Below, piece after piece: positions 7,260 through 13,167 of a stretch of 13,167 bases of DNA. Within the stretch, counting starts at the first letter, position 1, and every line of letters starts with the position of its first letter. Under the pieces are notes generated by a model that was not told where the DNA came from, did not search any database, and worked only from the letters and a program-made list of their open reading frames with translations. The translations under genes and the position numbers were made by a program. Source of the stretch: an uncultured Acidobacteriota bacterium (GTDB lineage: Bacteria > Acidobacteriota > Thermoanaerobaculia > UBA5066 > DATFVB01); assembly GCA_963813155.1 (NCBI GenBank), contig CAWEYG010000014.1, positions 1 through 13,167 of the forward strand. Reading direction: 5' to 3'.

Positions 7260-8601
7260 GAGCAGAGCTGCCCCGTGCCCCGTCGGCCGCCGCGAGCGCG
7301 ATCAACGCCGCCGGCAGGAGCGCGGCGGAAATCCGGAAAAACGACGAGCGAATGTGGTCGGCAGGGTCGAGGTACGTGAAGAAATAGACGGACGCGTATA
7401 CGGCGAGCTGGGCGGCGATCACGGAAGTCAGAATCGCGGCCGTCCGGCGCTTGCGGGCGATGGAGAAGACCCACCCCGCCGCGAAAACGATCCAGAATCC
7501 GAACCATTCCGGCGCGAGCAGCTCGTTTGCGAGGAGAGAAACGATCGGTCCGGGGTGCGCGGCGCGCGCAAGGCCGCGGGAAAGCCAGTCCCCGACGAGG
7601 AAACTCTCGCCCGGCGGAAGGAGGAAAATCGAGACGAGTCCGGCGGCCGCGGTCCAGACGAGCGCGATTCCCACCGGGGCAAGCCGGCGAGAGAGCGGCC
7701 CGGTTCTCCGCTTTCGGGACAGGAGCTCCGCGCCGGCGAGAAGCAGCACGAGAGACAGGCCTTCACGGAGCTTGATCCAGGGGAGGAACCCGGCGACCGC
7801 GCCCCAGATCCATCCTCCGGGGAACGGATCGCCGCGCCGAGCCTCGAGAAGAAGAACGAGGCTCCCGGCGAGGAAGAGCGCGAAAGGAACCTCCATCAGC
7901 CCGAGCGATTCCGTGTCCCAGCACAGAGGAGAAATCGCCGCGAACGCGGCTCCCGTGTTCGCGAGCGTTTCCGAACGTCCCGCGGCGAGGATTCCTCCCC
8001 GGAGGAGCGCGAGGAGCGCGAGGGCGAACAGGGCGTGTGCAACCTTGACCGAGCGTTCGCCGGGGACAGCTCCGAGTGCGAGCAGCCGCCAGGCGACGGG
8101 GCCGCCGACGGGGTAGTCGGGATGGGAAATCGCCAGGCTCGGAAGCCGCAGCCGCCCGAGGTCGAGCGCCTGGTCCTCGAACATCGTCCTCGTTTTGGTT
8201 CCGTGCACCGCGTAGTAGTCCCAGCTCCAGACGGGAACGCGCGCGACCTTCGCGAGAAAGAGAGCGGCAGACGCCGCGAGGAGAACGCGCGTCGCGAGCG
8301 CGATCCGGGAAAGCGGGAGCGCGGGGTAATCGGGGCGAGCGAGAGATCGTTTCCCGGGGAAAGAAATCATGAGCGCGAGAACGATACAGATTGCCGCGAT
8401 CACCCGCCCGCGAAGGGGAACTCCGAAGAGCGCCGCGGCAAAGCAGGCGGGAACCGAAAGGGCCAGGCCGATCGGGAACGCGAGCGTCCATCGCGTCGCC
8501 CGGCTCGAGGAACCTGCAGAGGGGGCTCGGCGCAACGCGGCGGCGCCGGGCAGCGAAATCAGGATCGCCCCGGCGGCGGTCCGGGCGATTTCGCCGATCA
8601 A
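7201..8601 (-). CDS. polytopic membrane protein, GT-C-like (PMT/ArnT-like) putative glycosyltransferase, copy B
   Basis: 466 aa from TTG at 8601 (TTGA overlap with the upstream stop), within the 7201..9192 ORF. About a dozen hydrophobic segments. Motifs SWDYYAVHGTK, HPDYP, GLMEVP, IKLREG and DP..I.SS..RI are shared with the 11347..12687 protein. Confidence 0.72.
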   Translation of the reverse strand: MIGEIARTAAGAILISLPGAAALRRAPSAGSSSRATRWTLAFPIGLALSVPACFAAALFGVPLRGRVIAAICIVLALMISFPGKRSLARPDYPALPLSRIALATRVLLAASAALFLAKVARVPVWSWDYYAVHGTKTRTMFEDQALDLGRLRLPSLAISHPDYPVGGPVAWRLLALGAVPGERSVKVAHALFALALLALLRGGILAAGRSETLANTGAAFAAISPLCWDTESLGLMEVPFALFLAGSLVLLLEARRGDPFPGGWIWGAVAGFLPWIKLREGLSLVLLLAGAELLSRKRRTGPLSRRLAPVGIALVWTAAAGLVSIFLLPPGESFLVGDWLSRGLARAAHPGPIVSLLANELLAPEWFGFWIVFAAGWVFSIARKRRTAAILTSVIAAQLAVYASVYFFTYLDPADHIRSSFFRISAALLPAALIALAAADGARGSSALTKETPLERSSSLFGLRPS

Positions 8602-8990
8602 CGCTTTCTCTCGCGGACGATCGCGACCTTCCCGGAGTCGGCAACGACGATTTTCGCGAGGCTTGCGCGCCGAACCGGCGTCGAGAGACAGGCTCCGGCG
8701 GGGAGCTCCCGCCAGTACGCGTAGTTCGTCATTGCCCGCAGCCACGTCGGGTCGATGCGCCGGGGATCGAACTCGAGGCAAAATCCCTCGCCGGGCCGAA
8801 GGAGATTCTCCGAGCTCTCGAGCCGGGCGAGCAACGCCGGGTCCCTGTACGCCCAACCGTACCAGAGCCTTTCGCTGCGGGCGGTCAGGGCCCCCGGGCG
8901 CTCGAGCTGTTCCGCCGTCCGGAAGCCGACGACGAGCGCGATTCCCGCGATCGCGGCAGTGAGAAGAAGTCTCCGGAAAGCCGCGCTCAC
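8598..8990 (-). CDS. small hypothetical protein with a single N-terminal TM/signal anchor, copy B
   Basis: 130 aa from GTG 8990 (GTGA overlap with the YfhO stop, GGAGAG upstream). RR followed by hydrophobic LLLTAAIAGIALVVGF, then a soluble domain. It fills the gap between its neighbours exactly. Confidence 0.75.
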   Translation of the reverse strand: MSAAFRRLLLTAAIAGIALVVGFRTAEQLERPGALTARSERLWYGWAYRDPALLARLESSENLLRPGEGFCLEFDPRRIDPTWLRAMTNYAYWRELPAGACLSTPVRRASLAKIVVADSGKVAIVRERKR

Positions 8991-11350
8991 GGACTCTCTC
9001 CGCGCGGGAGGGAAGCTCTTCCTCTCCGGGTGAGGACGGCGGCCGAGCCCGCCGCGAACAGGAGGGCCGAGAGGGAGATCCACGCGCCCATGCAAAAACC
9101 GGGGGGCGAGTAGTCGAGAAAGAGATCGTGGTCGCCTGGAGGAATCGCGACTCCGAGAAACGGCCCGCCCGCGAGGCCGAAGGCTCGAGCACCCGGCGAA
9201 GGCCCGCGAACCCTCGTCACCGAGAGTTTCCTTCCCGCCTCGTCCCGCGCGGACCAGCCGCCGTCCTGCACGAGGCTCGCTTCCGCGAGCACGAGACGGT
9301 TCCCGGGAGCGCGGCTATGGAACGCGACGCGGTTCGTGCTTTCCCGATAACGGGAGATCGCGAGAGTCGCCGAAGGATCGGCCGGGAAAACGCGGGGGAA
9401 CGCCTGGGAGTTTTCGAAGACCGTTCCGTCGGCGCCGGAATAAGCGCTCTTCCACTTCGGGCCCGGCGAGCTGCGGCCGGGCGAGCTGACGAGGTAGCGC
9501 ACATTCAGGAAGTCGAGCGCCGGCGCATTCACGTCCCGGAGCGTCTTGAAATACCCGGCCGGGTCGTAGCCGCACGCCGTGTTGAGGAAGTCGACGTACT
9601 CGCGGCGCTCCACGGGATCGTGCGTCCGGACGTCCTCGACGCCCGCGAACACGTTCGAGTTCGGAAAGAGGGTGGCGCCCTCGCCGGCGACGCGAAAAGG
9701 CCCCGGCTGGCTCTTCAGAAAGCGAACGAGCGGCGTTTCGGGGAAGAGCATCTCGATCGGTTGAAACCGGTAGATGCGCAACCCCTCTCCGAACAGCGCT
9801 GCCGCGGCGAGGACGGCGAGGCCGGCGGGAAGAAGCTCCGCTCGCGCCCGGCGGAGACCGAAAAGCGCGAAGGTCGCCGCGGCGGCGAGAAGCACGGCAA
9901 CCGAGAAGATCCACGCGTGCCGCTCGGAGGGCCATCCTCCGGTTGCGGCGTGCAGGCTTGCGACGCGCGGAAAGGCGATGCTCGCGAGTCCCGCCAGAGC
10001 AATCGCGAGCATCGGAGGGAAAAGCCACGACCTCCCGCCCGACCGGAGATCCCGTGCGAGGCGGTCCGCTTCGAAGGCGGCGAGGGCCGTGCCGCCGATC
10101 GACAGGAGCGAAAAGAAGCGCAGGGGAGTCATCAGGCGGAGAAGCGGGATCGCGCCCGAGATCTCGGCGAACGGCCAAAGGCCGATCGCGGCGCCGAATC
10201 CGAAGATCATCGGAGCGAGCAGTGCCAGGGAGTTTCGATCTCTTCGGCTTCCGGGACGGAGAATCGAGAGCGCGGCGACCCATCCGACGAGTCCGAACGC
10301 TCCGAGCGCCATCTCCGGAAACGAGCCCGCCCCCCCCGGGATCATCGGCGCGGTGATTTCGTCTCCGAAGAGCCTCGGGAAGAGTGGAGTCAGCAGCCCT
10401 CCGTGCCAGAAGTTCGCCCGCGGCAGGAAGGAGAAGTCCCTGGCCCAGAACGGGTGAGCGACGAGAATGAACCGGTTCGAGGCGCGGATCGCAAGGGCCT
10501 GCGGAAGGAGGGCGAAAGCATCGAACCCCAGCGCCAGCAGCCCTGCCGCGAGGATCCGGGCCGCGAGCCTCGGAGTGTCGGGCAGGCTTCGGAGCGTTGC
10601 GCGGCCCGCGAGCCACAGCCCGATGAACAGGGAGCCGAGCGCGACGCTCTCGACGTGCCCGCCCAGGGGCCAGAGGGCGAAGATCAGGACGAGCAGCGGG
10701 AAAGCTCGCGCGGAGGCCGATCGGTCGCGAAGGAGCTCGACGGCGAAGAGGGCCAACGGCCAGAAGCAGATGACCGCCGTGTGGGGAAAGAACAGCCACG
10801 GGATCATCGTCATTGAGAAGGAAAAGGACACCGCGCCGAACAGCGCCGCGCCGTTGGACAACCGGAGCTCCCGGAGCCAGAGCCACATTCCGGCCAGCGT
10901 GAGCGCGAGCTTCAGTGCGCCCGTGAGAGTCGCCGCCCGGGCAAGAGGAACGATCAACCCGAGAAGCGTGAACGGGGAAAACGCCGCCGATTGGCCGTTC
11001 GCGGCGAGCGGCGTTCCGCATCCGTTCCAGCGATCCCTCAGCGGGAGCTCCAGGTTCTTGTACGCGAGCCGGACGGCCTTCGCCCAGGGCGCCATCTGCA
11101 TCGCGAGGTCGTTCAGGTTCGCGTTGCGCGCCGGCGGTCCCGCGAGCACGTGCCAGGGCCAGATCAGGAGCGAGTGATCGGCGGGCAGGGGCGTCGTCGC
11201 CGTGAAAAATCCGGGGAGAAGAAAAAGCAGTGGCAACCCGAACACTGCCGCGAACGCGGAGCGCGACAGGGGCCGCCCGAGCCCGATTGCGGCGCCGCCG
11301 ATCCCCGCGACGACTGCCGCGTAGAGAAGGAAAAGAATCGCGGTGGTCAC
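8987..11350 (-). CDS. YfhO-family membrane glycosyltransferase (GT-C)
   Basis: 787 aa from GTG 11350 (GTGA overlap), the C-terminal part of the 8987..12661 ORF. YfhO-like N-terminal loop DLAMQMAPW...ELPL...GCGTPLAANGQ...FSP, also GGHVES and PLRF. The C-terminal soluble domain (LDFLNVRY, FENSQAFPRVF, QDGGW, VAIPPGDH, YSPPGF) is followed by a final TM helix. Confidence 0.85.
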   Translation of the reverse strand: MTTAILFLLYAAVVAGIGGAAIGLGRPLSRSAFAAVFGLPLLFLLPGFFTATTPLPADHSLLIWPWHVLAGPPARNANLNDLAMQMAPWAKAVRLAYKNLELPLRDRWNGCGTPLAANGQSAAFSPFTLLGLIVPLARAATLTGALKLALTLAGMWLWLRELRLSNGAALFGAVSFSFSMTMIPWLFFPHTAVICFWPLALFAVELLRDRSASARAFPLLVLIFALWPLGGHVESVALGSLFIGLWLAGRATLRSLPDTPRLAARILAAGLLALGFDAFALLPQALAIRASNRFILVAHPFWARDFSFLPRANFWHGGLLTPLFPRLFGDEITAPMIPGGAGSFPEMALGAFGLVGWVAALSILRPGSRRDRNSLALLAPMIFGFGAAIGLWPFAEISGAIPLLRLMTPLRFFSLLSIGGTALAAFEADRLARDLRSGGRSWLFPPMLAIALAGLASIAFPRVASLHAATGGWPSERHAWIFSVAVLLAAAATFALFGLRRARAELLPAGLAVLAAAALFGEGLRIYRFQPIEMLFPETPLVRFLKSQPGPFRVAGEGATLFPNSNVFAGVEDVRTHDPVERREYVDFLNTACGYDPAGYFKTLRDVNAPALDFLNVRYLVSSPGRSSPGPKWKSAYSGADGTVFENSQAFPRVFPADPSATLAISRYRESTNRVAFHSRAPGNRLVLAEASLVQDGGWSARDEAGRKLSVTRVRGPSPGARAFGLAGGPFLGVAIPPGDHDLFLDYSPPGFCMGAWISLSALLFAAGSAAVLTRRGRASLPRGESP
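10330..10337 (-). repeat. G8 homopolymer tract in the YfhO-like coding strand
   Basis: Eight consecutive C on the + strand. The coding strand reads CCG GGG GGG GCG (PGGA). It is the longest homopolymer I found in the window. Confidence 0.85.
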
Positions 11351-12687
11351 GCAGAGTCTGCCGCTGCCTCTCCAACTTGGGCGGCCGCCGAGGCGGCGAA
11401 CGCGAGGCAGAGGAGCGGGGTCAGAAAGATCCGGCGGGCCGACCAGCCGATCCACAAACTCGGATCGGCCGCCCCGTGGAGGTAGTAGCCGACGTTGACG
11501 AGCGCGATCGCCGCGGCGACGAGAGCGGGCGCGAGTCCTTCCCGCCGGACGCCGATGGCCATGCCCGCGACGAGGACCGCGATCCACGGAAGGTACCCGA
11601 CCCCGTACGACGTGTTCCGAACGAGGCCGGCGGCAACTTTCGAAAAATTCGCCAACGTCATGGGGCCGGCTGTTCCGGGTTTGTAGTTGTAGAGAATCCC
11701 GTGCCGTGCGCAGAACGCGATCCAGCCTGCGAGCGCGAGCGCGGGCAATGAGGCCAGGCGGAGAGCCGCGGCGATTCGGGACGGCAGCCCGCCGCGCCGG
11801 GGGCCGAATGCGCCGAATACTCCGGCGACCGCGACGGCGAAAATTGCTCCCTCGAATTTCGTGAGAGCGCACCCGGCGAGCGCGATCGAGGCCGCGAAGT
11901 CGGCCCTCGGCGACCGTTCGCCGAAGACGAGGATTCCGAGCGCGAGCGCCTCGAAGAAGAGCAGCGGCGGCTCCGCGTTCCCGCCGACGTCGGAAGCGAG
12001 GGCGGCGAATCCGAGCAGCGCGGCGAAGAACGCGCAACGCAGCGCGGCGGAGGAATCGTCCATCCTTCGGCGGGCGGTTCCCCAGAACGCCGCCACCATC
12101 AGGGCGAAAAAGATCGGCGCCGAGAGAAGGCTCGCGCCCCAGGGAAATCGTCCCGCCGCCATCGCACCCCACGCATAGAGGCAGGGAAGCAGCGGAGGGT
12201 AGTCGGGATGGAGCAGGAAGTGATCCGGTTCCGCGAGGAACGCAACGTCGATCCCCCGGGCGAGCGCGAATTGCTGTCCTTTCGTGCCCCAGAAAAACAG
12301 AAGATCGGTCGAGGTGGCGCGCGCCGTCGCTGCGGCGTAGGAAAACAGGATGACCCCCGCGGCGGCGGCAAGCAGGGCGGCAATCCTCCGGCGGTTCGGT
12401 GCCCCGGTTCGAACGGCGGCACGGTGCTGTTTGGGTTCCCGGGCTCGGCGCGCAAGCCACACGGTCAAAGAGAGAATCCCCAGAGTGATCGAAATTCCCG
12501 CGACAGACCAGCGCACCCCGATCGACGTCAGGAGCAGCATCACGAGCGTCAGAAGCACGGCTCCCGCGCCGCAGGCAAACGCGAATCGCCCGGCTCTCGA
12601 ATCGTCCGATCCCGGCCAGAGTCGCGCGAGCGGCGCCGCGAAGAGAGGCACGGCCAGCCACGAGAGGAGAAAGACGGCGCCGCTCAA
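11347..12687 (-). CDS. polytopic membrane protein, GT-C-like (PMT/ArnT-like) putative glycosyltransferase, copy A
   Basis: 446 aa from TTG at 12687 (TTGA overlap, GAGG 7 nt upstream), within the 11347..13086 ORF. Motifs STDLLFFWGTKG, HPDYPPLLP, GNAEPP, TKFEG and DP..WI.WS.RRI. Many TM segments. Confidence 0.75.
   Translation of the reverse strand: MSGAVFLLSWLAVPLFAAPLARLWPGSDDSRAGRFAFACGAGAVLLTLVMLLLTSIGVRWSVAGISITLGILSLTVWLARRAREPKQHRAAVRTGAPNRRRIAALLAAAAGVILFSYAAATARATSTDLLFFWGTKGQQFALARGIDVAFLAEPDHFLLHPDYPPLLPCLYAWGAMAAGRFPWGASLLSAPIFFALMVAAFWGTARRRMDDSSAALRCAFFAALLGFAALASDVGGNAEPPLLFFEALALGILVFGERSPRADFAASIALAGCALTKFEGAIFAVAVAGVFGAFGPRRGGLPSRIAAALRLASLPALALAGWIAFCARHGILYNYKPGTAGPMTLANFSKVAAGLVRNTSYGVGYLPWIAVLVAGMAIGVRREGLAPALVAAAIALVNVGYYLHGAADPSLWIGWSARRIFLTPLLCLAFAASAAAQVGEAAADSA
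12197..12211. repeat. 15-nt exact repeat (gggtagtcgggatgg), also at 8111-8125
   Basis: Identical 15-mer covering the HPDYP codons of both GT-C-like paralogs. Confidence 0.8.
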
Positions 12688-13130
12688 GGAACGGCCTCGT
12701 ACAGGTCGCCGTCGCGGAATCGCCGCACCCTCCGGAATCGCGAATCGGAAAACGTCCCGCGCTGGCACGCGACGAATCGAGGCGCTTCGTCCCCCGATCC
12801 GGGCGGAAGGAACCGACTTGCCAGGATCACGCGGCGGTTGGGCATCTGGCCCGTCGCGACAAAGTAGGCCGACCAGTTGGCGCGGTCCTCTCCGTCCGGC
12901 GGAACGAGGGAAAAGGTCGCGCCTTCGGGAACCCCCTCGGAGGCTTCCGAGAGGAAAACGAGGAGCGGCTCGAAGAATTTCGCGTCGCCGTTGGAAACGA
13001 CGGTTCTCGGCCGCTGGAAAGTCGCGGGGGCGAATCGGAAGGTCTGAACGAGCATCGCGGCGAAGCAGGCCGCGAACGCGAGCCACAGGAGGAGTTCGGA
13101 GCGGGAAAGAGCGCGCGGCAGCCGGTTCAT
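12684..13130 (-). CDS. small hypothetical protein with a single N-terminal TM/signal anchor, copy A
   Basis: 148 aa with an ATG start. Hydrophobic LLLWLAFAACFAAMLV, then a soluble domain. Its stop overlaps the TTG of the downstream GT-C-like gene. Confidence 0.78.
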   Translation of the reverse strand: MNRLPRALSRSELLLWLAFAACFAAMLVQTFRFAPATFQRPRTVVSNGDAKFFEPLLVFLSEASEGVPEGATFSLVPPDGEDRANWSAYFVATGQMPNRRVILASRFLPPGSGDEAPRFVACQRGTFSDSRFRRVRRFRDGDLYEAVP

Positions 13131-13167
13131 GCGGGCGGCCGGGCGGCGCTCAGGAGGGTTCCGATTT
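13127..13167 (-). CDS. probable 3' end of an upstream gene of the - strand operon
   Basis: Open frame ...IGTLLSAARPPA* whose TGA (13129-13127) forms an ATGA overlap with the 13130 start, like every other junction in this operon. Too short to identify. Confidence 0.45.
   Translation of the reverse strand, partial: IGTLLSAARPPA

Noticed and set aside
8110-8337. PDYP occurs twice in GT-C copy B (RPDYP and HPDYP)
   Set aside because: The flanks do not align and paralog A has no first copy. It is most likely a chance 4-residue match rather than an internal duplication.
8602-9192. 663-aa version of GT-C copy B
   Set aside because: The extension overlaps small gene B and the YfhO end in another frame. 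Similarity to paralog A begins at TTG 8601.
8111-12211. 15-nt direct repeat as a recombination or attachment site
   Set aside because: Fully explained by the conserved HPDYP motif with preferred codons. No integrase or transposase is present.
11351-12661. 1224-aa giant YfhO fusion
   Set aside because: The first 437 codons are a low-complexity Arg-rich shadow frame overlapping the GT-C A gene. The membrane protein begins at GTG 11350.
1-13167. CRISPR arrays, tRNA/rRNA/ncRNA genes, IS elements, intrinsic terminators, defence systems
   Set aside because: No spaced repeats, RNA-gene signatures, transposase or nuclease motifs, or hairpin plus U-tract were seen by eye, and there is essentially no intergenic space to hold them.

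Overview
A GC-rich (roughly 68% in hand-counted samples), almost fully coding bacterial window with two convergent, translationally coupled operons. The + strand operon is a GT87/DUF2029-like membrane glycosyltransferase, then truA, uppS, cdsA, dxr, rseP and a lower-GC class I SAM methyltransferase. The - strand operon looks like a surface-glycosylation cluster: small membrane-anchored protein, ~450 aa GT-C-like protein, YfhO-family GT-C, then a second small protein and a second GT-C-like protein. Several ORF-track starts are too far upstream; the likely starts lie in 4-nt stop/start overlaps (NTGA). A GT2-like gene missed by the ORF track begins at 121 on the - strand, head-to-head with the GT87 gene. 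The best candidate for an undescribed system is the twice-repeated small-protein/GT-C pair, which may be a split two-subunit GT-C glycosyltransferase. No RNA genes, CRISPR arrays or mobile elements were seen. All family calls come from motif recognition by eye, not database searches.
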